Below the pieces are notes generated by a model. That model was not told the DNA's origin. It saw nothing but the letters and a program-made list of their open reading frames with translations, and did no database searches. Shown here one piece after another: positions 50,793 to 60,972 of a stretch of 64,000 nt of DNA (the stretch's first letter is position 1; every line of letters starts with the position of its first letter). The stretch is from Gammaproteobacteria bacterium (GTDB lineage Bacteria > Pseudomonadota > Gammaproteobacteria > JAJFKG01): the NCBI GenBank assembly GCA_965116795.1, contig OZ220716.1, forward strand, positions 2,090,503 to 2,154,502, given 5' to 3'. The position numbers and the translations under genes are program-made.

Positions 50793-52814
50793 TCATTCCT
50801 TATCGACCACACCCAAAAATGCTTTTTCGATTGCATGGATTTGATCGCGGATATTGGCAGCTTGTTCGAATTCCAATTGCTGCGCATGGGTATACATCGC
50901 CTGCTCCAGTTTATCAATTTGTTTGATTAACTCTGCTCTAGATAAACCCGCATACGCTGCCAATTGCTTAGCACGGTCTGCATAATAATGTGCACTATCA
51001 CTTTGCGTAGTACGTGCGCCTTCCAAGATGTCATTCACCGCCTTTTTGATCCCTGTTGGGGTGATATTGTGTTGTTGGTTATACGCTTGTTGTCTGACAC
51101 GACGCCGATTGGTTTCATCGATCGCGCGTTGCATTGATCCGGTAATACGATCAGCATATAAAATCGCTCTGCCATGTAAATTGCGTGCAGCGCGACCCAT
51201 GGTTTGGATCAATGAACGCTCCGATCGTAAAAAGCCTTCTTTATCGGCATCTAAAATCGCTACCAATGAGACTTCTGGCATATCTAAACCTTCGCGTAAT
51301 AAATTAATTCCAACTAACACATCAAAGACACCGGCGCGCAAATCACGGATAATTTCCACACGTTCAACGGTATCAACATCTGAATGCAAATAACGCACTT
51401 TAATACCTTGTTCGGTTAGAAATTCAGTTAAATCTTCTGCCATACGTTTGGTTAATGTAGTGACTAATACCCGCTGCTGTTGTGTCACCCGTGTTTTAAT
51501 TTCAGATAATAAGTCATCAATTTGGGTTGTAGCAGGTTTAATGTCAATTTGTGGATCAAGCAATCCAGTCGGTCGTACCACTTGTTCGATTACCACATCA
51601 TCGGTTTTGGCTAGTTCATACGGACCAGGTGTTGCTGATACATAAATTACTTGCGAGCTTAATTCTTCGAATTCTTCAAATTGTAATGGCCGATTGTCCA
51701 GTGCCGATGGCAAACGAAAACCGTATTCCACTAATGTCTGTTTACGTGCACGATCACCACGATACATTGCACCTAATTGTGGTACGGTAACATGCGATTC
51801 ATCGATAACAATTAACGCATTAGAAGGTAAATAATCAATAAGTGTTGGTGGCGGTTCACCTGGATTTCGCCCAGATAAATAACGTGAATAATTTTCAATG
51901 CCAGAGCAATAACCTAACTCAACCATCATTTCAATATCATATTGCACTCGTTGTGCTAAACGTTGCGCTTCAACCAATTTGTTTACATCATGCAACTGAT
52001 CTAATCGTTGCTTTAATTCTATTTTTACTGCATCGATCATATCCAAAATCGTTTGTCGTGGGGTGACATAATGTGATTTCGGATAAATGGTAACACGCGG
52101 TACTTGACGTAATTTTTTTAAGGTTAACGGATCAAAATAACTGATATTATCAATTTCATCGCCAAATAATTCGATACGCACTGCTTCACTATCCGATTCT
52201 GCAGGAAAAATATCGATGACATCGCCTTTGACACGATAAGTTGCACGCCGAAAATCAGTGTCATTACGCGTATATTGTAATTGAGCTAAGCGCCGTAAGA
52301 TGTTTCGCTGATCCACTTCATCACCACGATGTAAATGCAATACCATTTTTAAATACGCTTGTGGATCACCCAATCCATAAATGGCTGACACTGTGGCAAC
52401 AATGATAGCATCTTCGCGTTCTAATAATGCCTTGGTTGCCGATAAACGCATTTGCTCGATGTGCTCATTAACAGAGGCATCTTTTTCAATAAAGGTATCA
52501 GAAGATGGCACATAGGCTTCTGGTTGATAGTAATCATAATATGAAACAAAATATTCTACCGCATTGTTTGGGAAAAATGTTTTCATTTCACCATACAGTT
52601 GTGCGGCTAACGTTTTATTTGGGGCTAACATCAATGTTGGGCGTTTGCTGTGTTCAATTACATTAGCAATTGTAAATGTCTTTCCAGAACCGGTCACCCC
52701 TAACAACACTTGGTGCGCCAACCCGTCATTAATCCCTGCTAACAATTGGGTAATTGCAGCAGGCTGATCGCCTGCCGGCTTAAACTGCGATTGCAAATCA
52801 AATGTTTTACTCAA
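50793..52814 (-). CDS. uvrB: Excinuclease ABC subunit B
   Basis: [36 protein letters not shown]. Confidence 0.98.
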   Translation of the reverse strand: MSKTFDLQSQFKPAGDQPAAITQLLAGINDGLAHQVLLGVTGSGKTFTIANVIEHSKRPTLMLAPNKTLAAQLYGEMKTFFPNNAVEYFVSYYDYYQPEAYVPSSDTFIEKDASVNEHIEQMRLSATKALLEREDAIIVATVSAIYGLGDPQAYLKMVLHLHRGDEVDQRNILRRLAQLQYTRNDTDFRRATYRVKGDVIDIFPAESDSEAVRIELFGDEIDNISYFDPLTLKKLRQVPRVTIYPKSHYVTPRQTILDMIDAVKIELKQRLDQLHDVNKLVEAQRLAQRVQYDIEMMVELGYCSGIENYSRYLSGRNPGEPPPTLIDYLPSNALIVIDESHVTVPQLGAMYRGDRARKQTLVEYGFRLPSALDNRPLQFEEFEELSSQVIYVSATPGPYELAKTDDVVIEQVVRPTGLLDPQIDIKPATTQIDDLLSEIKTRVTQQQRVLVTTLTKRMAEDLTEFLTEQGIKVRYLHSDVDTVERVEIIRDLRAGVFDVLVGINLLREGLDMPEVSLVAILDADKEGFLRSERSLIQTMGRAARNLHGRAILYADRITGSMQRAIDETNRRRVRQQAYNQQHNITPTGIKKAVNDILEGARTTQSDSAHYYADRAKQLAAYAGLSRAELIKQIDKLEQAMYTHAQQLEFEQAANIRDQIHAIEKAFLGVVDKE

Positions 52815-52884
52815 CTATCACTTCCTAATGACATTAAATAGCAATGTTGATATGTACTTGCTAGTACTAAGTAAAACACTGCTA

Positions 52885-53718
52885 TTAATAACTTACTTTA
52901 ATTTTTTTCTGTGTGGTTTTTGTTTTTTTGGTGGAATGAATTACTTTTTTTGTTGACTGTGTTTGTTTAAATGATGTTTTTGAGGATGAAGTATTCGTTA
53001 TGGTTGATGATTTTGTTGATTTACTTTTACTGATGTGTTGTTTTTGTTTAAATGCAGTTTTTACATGCTTATTGGTTGGTCGGATTACTGTTTTATGTAA
53101 AATTGGCCTATTCACTGGTTTAATAACAGTCTGTTGTACAATTGGTGTGGTTACTGGCTGGATAATTGTTTGCTGTATAACTGGCCCACTTACCGGTTTA
53201 ATCACTGTTTTCTTAACAACAGTCGTCTTAACGGATTCTACCAGGGTATTATCTGGTACCACACGGGTTTTACGACGATCAAATAATACTAATACCCGTT
53301 GACCATTAGCTAATGCGGGTTGTTTACCTTGAACAACCGCAACCGTTTTACTGTTATCTAATTTGATAATGTATTGTAATGCATCACGTGTTGTCAGTGA
53401 CTTATCAATATAATATCCAGCGATACCACCAACTAATGCACCACCTAATGCGCCTACCACATTGGGAGCATCTCTACTACCAATAAATGAACCACCAACA
53501 CCACCAACGACTGCACCAATCGGTGCTCCGACATCCGTGCCTCCTTCCAATGTGACCTGACGTATATCTACAATCACACCTTGATATACATTGGCCTTCA
53601 TCCCTGCGTCATAAGCTGTATAACTATCCGGATTAGTCGGTGGCATACAGCCTGTTACTAACCAAGCAAATCCAAGCCCAATGATGACGTTGCGTACCCA
53701 TACTAATCTTGTATTCAT
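52885..53718 (-). CDS. SlyB/Pcp-like glycine-zipper outer-membrane lipoprotein with repetitive basic tail
   Basis: Lipobox VTG-C, GAVVGGVGGS...GALGGALVGGIAG, C-terminal TVIKPV repeats. Confidence 0.8.
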   Translation of the reverse strand: MNTRLVWVRNVIIGLGFAWLVTGCMPPTNPDSYTAYDAGMKANVYQGVIVDIRQVTLEGGTDVGAPIGAVVGGVGGSFIGSRDAPNVVGALGGALVGGIAGYYIDKSLTTRDALQYIIKLDNSKTVAVVQGKQPALANGQRVLVLFDRRKTRVVPDNTLVESVKTTVVKKTVIKPVSGPVIQQTIIQPVTTPIVQQTVIKPVNRPILHKTVIRPTNKHVKTAFKQKQHISKSKSTKSSTITNTSSSKTSFKQTQSTKKVIHSTKKTKTTQKKIKVSY

Positions 53719-53886
53719 TGCTAACCCGCTCCTTAATGACTTATAACGACTTTTTAGTTGGAAAAATTGCGCATATTCTAACGTATTTTGTAGAAAAAGT
53801 CCGCTTAAAAAATCAATCTAGTACTTTGAAACACACATGTTAGAATTAGCCTTTAAACAATAAGTTAATTGTAACTGGAGTATTTC

Positions 53887-55071
53887 ATGCCTATTACCCT
53901 ATCTGAACGTGTACAAGCCATCAAACCATCCCCTACCCTGGCAGTGACTAACAAAGCCGCTGAATTACGCGCCAGTGGCAAAGACATTATTGGGCTGGGC
54001 GCTGGCGAACCGGATTTCAATACCCCTGAACCAATTTGCCAAGCCGCTATCGACGCCATCAATGCCGGTTTTACTAAATACACCGCTGTTGATGGCATTG
54101 TTGAACTAAAGCAAGCCATCATCGATAAATTTAAACGAGACAATCAATTAGATTATGCGTTAAATCAAGTCTTAGTTTCTTGTGGTGGTAAGCAAAGTTT
54201 TTTTAATCTATGCCAGGCACTATTAAATCCAGGCGATGAAATCATTATCCCCGCACCGTATTGGGTATCTTATCCAGACATGGCGATACTCGCTGGTGCC
54301 AAACCGGTTATTTTACCAACCACTATTGATAACGATTATAAAATCACACCGGAACAGTTAAACGCCGCTATCACTAAACGTACACGTTTAGTTGTATTAA
54401 ATAGTCCATCTAATCCATCTGGAAAGACATACTCATCAACAGAACTGCGTGGATTGGCTGAGGTATTACGTGCACATCCAACTGTCTTGATTGCAACCGA
54501 TGATATGTATGAACATATCTTATGGACAGATGAACCCTTTGCTAACATTGTCATGGCAGAGCCGCGGCTATATCCACAAACTATCGTACTCAATGGGATT
54601 TCAAAAGCATATGCAATGACAGGCTGGCGTATTGGGTATGCCGCTGGCCCAGCTGAATTAATTGGCGCCATGAAAAAAATACAATCGCAAAGTACTTCTA
54701 ACCCGACATCGATTTCACAAGCCGCGGCAGTAGCTGCACTAAATGGTGATCAACGTATCGTGGTTACTATGTGTGATGCCTTTAAACAACGCCATGATTT
54801 TGTTTTCAATCAATTATCACACATCCCAGACGTACGGTGTCTGGCATCAGATGGTACGTTTTATAGTTTTCCGGATGTATCAGCATGCATTCAGCGCAAA
54901 GGATTAGCCGATGATGTGGCTTTTTGTGACTATTTGCTTGCTGAGGCAGGACTTGCTGTGGTGCCTGGTTCTGCATTCGGTAATCCAGGCTGCATTCGTA
55001 TTTCATTCGCAACCAGTATGGCAATACTAGAAGACGCAATGACACGCTTAGCACGCACCATTACTGCTTAA
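53887..55071 (+). CDS. aspC: Class I PLP aminotransferase (aspartate aminotransferase type)
   Basis: GEPDF, NSPSNPSG, DDMYE, SKAYAMTGWRIGY. Confidence 0.9.
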   Translation: MPITLSERVQAIKPSPTLAVTNKAAELRASGKDIIGLGAGEPDFNTPEPICQAAIDAINAGFTKYTAVDGIVELKQAIIDKFKRDNQLDYALNQVLVSCGGKQSFFNLCQALLNPGDEIIIPAPYWVSYPDMAILAGAKPVILPTTIDNDYKITPEQLNAAITKRTRLVVLNSPSNPSGKTYSSTELRGLAEVLRAHPTVLIATDDMYEHILWTDEPFANIVMAEPRLYPQTIVLNGISKAYAMTGWRIGYAAGPAELIGAMKKIQSQSTSNPTSISQAAAVAALNGDQRIVVTMCDAFKQRHDFVFNQLSHIPDVRCLASDGTFYSFPDVSACIQRKGLADDVAFCDYLLAEAGLAVVPGSAFGNPGCIRISFATSMAILEDAMTRLARTITA

Positions 55072-55139
55072 TGGCAGCAATGCTTGACCTAGTTTCAGGG
55101 AGTCAGTAGTATAGCCGCCTCAGTTGGCACTAATATTAT

Positions 55140-55215
<76 letters not shown>

Positions 55216-55216
55216 C

Positions 55217-56233
55217 TTAAATTGTGCGCAAATGTGCCTCGTAAGAAATCGGCATTTGTTTAGCTAGATTGTCGTTAGCAGCAGAATCGGTATCTTTGAG
55301 CAACGCATAAAAATAATTATCATCTGCATTTTGCAATAATGTTACATCATGCAAAATCCAATCTGATGCAGGACATAATCTATCTTGCCATACTAACATA
55401 TGTGGCATCTTCTTACGATTTGCAATTGATTCTGCCATAGCATGTAGCCCTTCATCTTCGGCAAGCTCTTGAAATGAACGCATGTCTTCTTCAGTTCTAA
55501 CAATCAACTCAAAACGGTTACCCTTACTATCTAGCAATAAATAGCTACCTGAATTATCAATCAAATAAAACTCAACAATATTGTGTTTTGCAATAATGCG
55601 ATTAAATAAATCGATAAATGCTTCACTACACAATAAACTTTTTCTGTTAGGCTCGTTAGCACCCAGCATATCAAACATACTTTGAGATAACTGAGTAAAA
55701 TACTCGATATTTAATTCCTGCACATAATCGGTTAATTTTTCAAAGCAATTATAATCTTCTTTTTTCACAAAACGTTGGATATTTGTTTGGTTAAACGCAT
55801 CTACTGCAAAGTCGTTATCAGCTTCTCCGGTTAATATTATTTTTTGATAAGGTAAATCAGATAACTGTTGGCAAAATTCAAGCCCATTCATTTCTGGCAT
55901 TGAATAATCAACAATCAATACAACCGGCCGATCAAAGCGTACAGCTTGACTGTAAATTTCTCTGCATACTGACGCCACATCAACATCAATCGATAGACTG
56001 GATAAGCTAGTTTGATCAGGTGACATCGAGATATGCTTAGCAAATAATGCTTTGACCGCATCACCCTGCTGCTTCAGATAAGCAAGTGCTTCTTTAGGTG
56101 AAGTAAACGCATCACACTGAAAGTCAGCACCAAATGCTAACAACAAGTGATCTGAAAAATCTGGGTTGTCATCGATGATGATAACTTTTGTCGGAAAATA
56201 ACAGCAGGGGATACTCGTTTTAAACATGCACAT
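55217..56233 (-). CDS. LqsR-like response regulator
   Basis: SIPCCYFPT.VIIIDD, inserted receiver domain, VDYSMPEMNGLEFC, KIILTGEAD, IVEFYL...GSYLLLD output domain. Confidence 0.82.
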   Translation of the reverse strand: MCMFKTSIPCCYFPTKVIIIDDNPDFSDHLLLAFGADFQCDAFTSPKEALAYLKQQGDAVKALFAKHISMSPDQTSLSSLSIDVDVASVCREIYSQAVRFDRPVVLIVDYSMPEMNGLEFCQQLSDLPYQKIILTGEADNDFAVDAFNQTNIQRFVKKEDYNCFEKLTDYVQELNIEYFTQLSQSMFDMLGANEPNRKSLLCSEAFIDLFNRIIAKHNIVEFYLIDNSGSYLLLDSKGNRFELIVRTEEDMRSFQELAEDEGLHAMAESIANRKKMPHMLVWQDRLCPASDWILHDVTLLQNADDNYFYALLKDTDSAANDNLAKQMPISYEAHLRTI

Positions 56234-56293
56234 TACTCCATTAATTGTTGAAATCGAAGCGATTTCTCAGTTGTTAGAACAGTAACCTAACAG

Positions 56294-57694
56294 CTATGAC
56301 ATCGCATTTTGCTCCCAATCGGTGGCTAAATCAAGTACTGGGAATGCAAGAATAAATCGCGTATATTTACCATATTCTGACAGACAAGTAATATCCCCAC
56401 CGTGTTTCTTCATGCTCATTTTACAAAAAGCCAATCCGATTCCGGCACCATGTGCAGTGTCTTTAGTAAAAAATTTATCGAAAATATGGGATAAACTCTC
56501 AGGTTGGATCCCTTTTGCAGTATCTTCAAAAAATAACTTATTAAACGTTTCTCCTCGCTGTAACTGTATCTTGATGTTACCACGACCCGTCGCTTTAATA
56601 ATATATAGCGCATTTTTAATTAAGTTAAATAATACTTGAATCACTAAGTTAGCTGATCCTGAAAAAACAAAATCAATCTCAGGATCCCATGTTATTAACT
56701 CACGCTCATTGCGAGAAAATGGGTATACATTCAGTGCATCATCAATACATTTTGCAATTGAACACACTTGGAAATTAGCACGCTCAATATTTTTAAAAGA
56801 AAGATTTCCCAGTAGCATATCAATAACTAGCATTGAGTGATCAACTTGCAAACTAATGGTATTAGCACCTCTTGTGATTACATCAATATGCTGCTTACTA
56901 ACAGCTGGAATATCCAACTTGTGTTGCTTAGCAATATTGTATGTTTCTGTTAACTTAGGTAGATAACTTTTAAGTCCCTTTGCCAACAATTTAATTGACT
57001 GCAATGGTGTTCTTAATTCATGTGCAATGCTCGCACTCACAAGACGCATACTATCTGTGCGTGCTTTCTCAGCAGCCAATGTTGTATCTTGATAAATGGT
57101 TTTTCTTCTAGAAAAGATAAGACCGATCACGATGCTAGTTACAAATGTATTAATAATATCTACAGCAGTCAATGTACCTGGATTAAACACAAAACCGATT
57201 GGTGAAGTTAAACTAAATACTAACCACGCTAGTGACATTCCAATCGTCAATAAAACTGCATATAAAATCCAATCGGTTATGATGATCATCAAAATGACTT
57301 TTGCTAACCAATTTAAAATCCAAGGGGCCGCCATGTGGTTTTTCAACATCATTAAAGTGAAAAAGTATGGCAACGCAAATAAAAGTGATAAATACCAACA
57401 TAACGGTAACCAGCGACGAATGCTTTTTGGCCAGTAATTTTTTAATGCCAAGCAAGCGTGCATTACAGACATGGTGATACGTAGACCAATACTATCATAC
57501 ACTGCCTTATCTTTATAAAGACCAATATTAATTAAATAAAATAATAAGATTACTGTTAAACCAAAAACACTAAATAAGATAACAATATTTTCCGTCTTTA
57601 CAAATTGTACCTGTAAAAAGTTATCTACCTTTTTCCATAGTATTTTTAAAGACACACATAACTCCGTTGCTGCACTAGACTTTAGATAATTCAA
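56294..57694 (-). CDS. CqsS/LqsS-like membrane histidine kinase (no receiver domain)
   Basis: About six TM helices with YWP...LP..W...LPYFF..M.L.N. H-box IAHELRTPL, N-box NLIKNA, G2 GAGIGLAFC. Confidence 0.85.
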   Translation of the reverse strand: MNYLKSSAATELCVSLKILWKKVDNFLQVQFVKTENIVILFSVFGLTVILLFYLINIGLYKDKAVYDSIGLRITMSVMHACLALKNYWPKSIRRWLPLCWYLSLLFALPYFFTLMMLKNHMAAPWILNWLAKVILMIIITDWILYAVLLTIGMSLAWLVFSLTSPIGFVFNPGTLTAVDIINTFVTSIVIGLIFSRRKTIYQDTTLAAEKARTDSMRLVSASIAHELRTPLQSIKLLAKGLKSYLPKLTETYNIAKQHKLDIPAVSKQHIDVITRGANTISLQVDHSMLVIDMLLGNLSFKNIERANFQVCSIAKCIDDALNVYPFSRNERELITWDPEIDFVFSGSANLVIQVLFNLIKNALYIIKATGRGNIKIQLQRGETFNKLFFEDTAKGIQPESLSHIFDKFFTKDTAHGAGIGLAFCKMSMKKHGGDITCLSEYGKYTRFILAFPVLDLATDWEQNAMS

Positions 57695-57811
57695 TATAAA
57701 TCAAGGAAAATAAAGTCTAGCAAAACTACAATACACATGCTAGATTAAGAGAATTAATACTATTAATAAGCAATTATTAGGATTTGGCACTACGCATTAA
57801 GGGGACACAAC

Positions 57812-59290
57812 ATGCAACAGTTTGACGTAATTATCCTAGGAAATGGTATACTTGCCATGTCGAGCGCGCTTGAACTTACCAAATCAGCACCAAATATACG
57901 CATTGCAATTGTAGGACCATCTAGTCAAAAGGGTAGTGCGACATTGGCCGCAGGTGCTATGTTGGGTTGCTTCAGCGAAGTAACCGAAGCTACGTTATTG
58001 TCCATGTATGGTCGCGCTGTTTTAGACATGTCATTCAAAGCTCTTAAAGTATGGCCAGATTGGCTAAATGAATTAAATCAATACTTACCTGAACAGTTAA
58101 AAATCAGTACCCGACCCGGGACATTTATTATTTCAAACACAGAAACAGCACAATATGAAAATGATAACTTTAATGCGATTTTAACTGCATTAAATCAATA
58201 TAACGCACCTTTTGAAACTGTCGATCCGAATAATATTCCTGGCCTATCTCCAATAGAAACATGTCGTCCATTCAAATCACTATTTCTGCCTAAGGAAGGT
58301 GCTATTAATCCTGCTGAATTACTCAATGGATTGTCTGCTTTCCTTCGACAGAAAAATGTGGTTATGATTGACGAAATCGCCGTTGATTTTTCTTATTCTT
58401 CAGAAAAAGTCAAACATGTCATTACTGATAGCGGTACTACCTTAGTGGGTGATAAGATTTTGCTAGCTGCAGGCGCTTACTCGCAAGCGTTACTCGACAA
58501 AATACCCGATATAGCAAAACGTATTCCTAAAGTATTCGCTGGTCTCGGTTGCTCGGCCATATTTCGTAACACTCGCAATAAAATACCAGTACAATCAGTT
58601 ATTCGAACCCCTAATCGTGCCAATGCATGCGGAGTTCATATATTGCCAACCGATAAACAAGCAGACTACTTGTATATGGGCGCATCGAATACTTGCATAT
58701 TAGGGCCAACAGTAGAACCCAGGATCCGAGATGTTTACTACCTATTAAAACGAGCAATGGAGCAAATTAATCATACTTTGCATAATAAGAGTATGGTTAA
58801 ATACCAAGTTGGCAATCGGCCAGTTACCATGGATACATTTCCACTGATTGGGCGCACGTCGATGAAAAACCTGTGGGTATTAACTGGTACATATCGCATT
58901 GGCCTTCAATTAGCACCCATTCTTGCTAAATCTATTGCTGACAGCATGCTGAACTCAGCATCTAGCATTACTGATCTTAATGTAGATTTGTTTAAACCAG
59001 AACGACGCCTGATCCAAGCATTTACCAAAAAAGAAGCTATTGATATTTTTGTTAAACAACATTTTGGCACTGGATATGAACACGAAATGCTTTTACCCAA
59101 AATGGGATGGGAATCAATGATTATAGATGCCATTCATCAAAAAGCTGCAGATATTTATGATAAATTAGAAACAGATATAGCAATATATCCAGACATATTA
59201 AGTATGATTGATCAAAATAGAGAATTGCTACCTATTCTTAAGGACTATTTAAAAACTCAAGATTATGCTTATAGTCTAGCTGCAGCGTAA
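57812..59290 (+). CDS. FAD-dependent oxidoreductase, glycine oxidase / D-amino-acid oxidase family, with C-terminal extension
   Basis: GNGILA dinucleotide motif, SATLAAGAML, LAAGAYS, GNRP...D..PLIG, TGTYR.GL.LAP. Confidence 0.85.
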   Translation: MQQFDVIILGNGILAMSSALELTKSAPNIRIAIVGPSSQKGSATLAAGAMLGCFSEVTEATLLSMYGRAVLDMSFKALKVWPDWLNELNQYLPEQLKISTRPGTFIISNTETAQYENDNFNAILTALNQYNAPFETVDPNNIPGLSPIETCRPFKSLFLPKEGAINPAELLNGLSAFLRQKNVVMIDEIAVDFSYSSEKVKHVITDSGTTLVGDKILLAAGAYSQALLDKIPDIAKRIPKVFAGLGCSAIFRNTRNKIPVQSVIRTPNRANACGVHILPTDKQADYLYMGASNTCILGPTVEPRIRDVYYLLKRAMEQINHTLHNKSMVKYQVGNRPVTMDTFPLIGRTSMKNLWVLTGTYRIGLQLAPILAKSIADSMLNSASSITDLNVDLFKPERRLIQAFTKKEAIDIFVKQHFGTGYEHEMLLPKMGWESMIIDAIHQKAADIYDKLETDIAIYPDILSMIDQNRELLPILKDYLKTQDYAYSLAAA

Positions 59291-59304
59291 TCACTTAACT
59301 TACT

Positions 59305-60387
59305 TTATAATAGTATATTGTTTAATATTTCTTTACTTTTAATGTAGCAGCTTTCATCAGCTTCGACTAAATTAACATGGCCTAACTTACGCCCTGGCCG
59401 AGGGGATTTCCCATAGGCATGATAATGCGTTCCTGGCACAGATAAACACGATGTTGCTGGCAGCATGTCACCAATACAATTTATTAATAAACAATGCCCC
59501 ATCTGTTTCGTACTACCCAATGGCAAATCAAATAGAGCACGCAAGTGATTTTCAAATTGGCTAGTATACGCACCTTCAATGGTCCAATGTCCAGAGTTAT
59601 GCACACGAGGTGCTATTTCATTAACAATTAATTGGTTCCCATCATAAAAAAATTCGATTGTAATCACCCCAACATACTGCAGTTTATTTAAAATTTTTAT
59701 CGCATAATCCTGCGCCGCTTCTTGCAATGCAGGATTATCAAATGGAGCTTCAGAAAAACGCAAGATCCCCTGCTCATGGTGATTGCGAACAAGTGGATAA
59801 AACACTGTGTCACCGTGTTTATTACGCACAGCAATAATTGACAATTCACATTCAAACGTAACCAATTGCTCTACGATTAATGATTGAGTTTGCAGTCTGT
59901 CATAACTATTTGATATATCCTGTTCTGAGCGAATAACACATTGTCCTTTACCATCGTATCCAAACCGCCTTGTTTTTAGTATTGCAGGCAACCCCAGTTC
60001 AGCCACTGCTTGCACTAACTGCGCTTGCGTATCAACACAGATAAAAGAAGCAGTAGGAATGGTTAACGATGCCAAAAATGATTTTTCATGCCCTCTATCT
60101 TGAGTGATTTCCAATGCCGTTAACGATGGATAAACAGGTTTTTTGCTAGCAATATAATTAGCGCAAGCCAATGGAATATTTTCCGTTTCAAAGGTAATGC
60201 AATCTACCGTTGCTAAAAACTGATCCAGTGCTGATGTATCGGTAAAATCAGCGGTGATCAGTTCGGTGACTTCGCCTGCACATGCAGTTGAATCGGTATC
60301 GAAGCAAACCGTATTAATTGCTAAGGGATAGGCTGCTAATGCCAACATTCGCGCTAATTGACCACCACCTAAAATGCCTAATCTCAT
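59305..60387 (-). CDS. purK: N5-CAIR synthase
   Basis: GILGGGQLARM, GYDGKGQ, NEIAPRVHNSGHWT, RPGRKLGH. Confidence 0.96.
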   Translation of the reverse strand: MRLGILGGGQLARMLALAAYPLAINTVCFDTDSTACAGEVTELITADFTDTSALDQFLATVDCITFETENIPLACANYIASKKPVYPSLTALEITQDRGHEKSFLASLTIPTASFICVDTQAQLVQAVAELGLPAILKTRRFGYDGKGQCVIRSEQDISNSYDRLQTQSLIVEQLVTFECELSIIAVRNKHGDTVFYPLVRNHHEQGILRFSEAPFDNPALQEAAQDYAIKILNKLQYVGVITIEFFYDGNQLIVNEIAPRVHNSGHWTIEGAYTSQFENHLRALFDLPLGSTKQMGHCLLINCIGDMLPATSCLSVPGTHYHAYGKSPRPGRKLGHVNLVEADESCYIKSKEILNNILL

Positions 60388-60390
60388 GGG

Positions 60391-60888
60391 TTAAGTTCCT
60401 GGCTTTGGATTATCAATCACCTGTTGTGTTTGCTGTTGTCTATAGCGATGTAGACTCGTTTTAATTTCTGGGTACTTATTGGCAAGACAGGCAGCCGCCA
60501 GTAACGCTGCATTGATTGCCCCCGGTTTACCAATTGACAACGTCCCTACAGGCACTCCAGCTGGCATTTGTACAATCGAGAGTAACGAATCTAATCCATT
60601 TAAAATAGGTAGCGGTATAGGCACACCGAACACAGGTAAACTTGTTTTCGAAGCTAACATCCCAGGCAGATGTGCTGCACCGCCTGCACCCGCAATAATC
60701 ACTTCTAAACCACGTGACTCAGCATTGGTCGCATAATCAAACAGTTTATCCGGTGTCCTGTGTGCAGATACAATTTCGGTTTCATATGGAATAGTTAACA
60801 TACGTAACTGTTCAGCGGCATGTGTTAGCACTTGCCAGTCACTGTTAGATCCCATGACAATAGCAACAATAGGTTTTTCACTGCTCAT
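60391..60888 (-). CDS. purE: N5-CAIR mutase
   Basis: MGSNSD, SAHRTP, GAGGAAHLPGM, SIVQMPAGVPV. Confidence 0.97.
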   Translation of the reverse strand: MSSEKPIVAIVMGSNSDWQVLTHAAEQLRMLTIPYETEIVSAHRTPDKLFDYATNAESRGLEVIIAGAGGAAHLPGMLASKTSLPVFGVPIPLPILNGLDSLLSIVQMPAGVPVGTLSIGKPGAINAALLAAACLANKYPEIKTSLHRYRQQQTQQVIDNPKPGT

Positions 60889-60972
60889 AACGTTCCTCAT
60901 TAATTATCGATTTATCATTAGTGATCAGTCGATTACTCAGGCCAGTATACATCAGCCTCAGTTAACTGTGTA

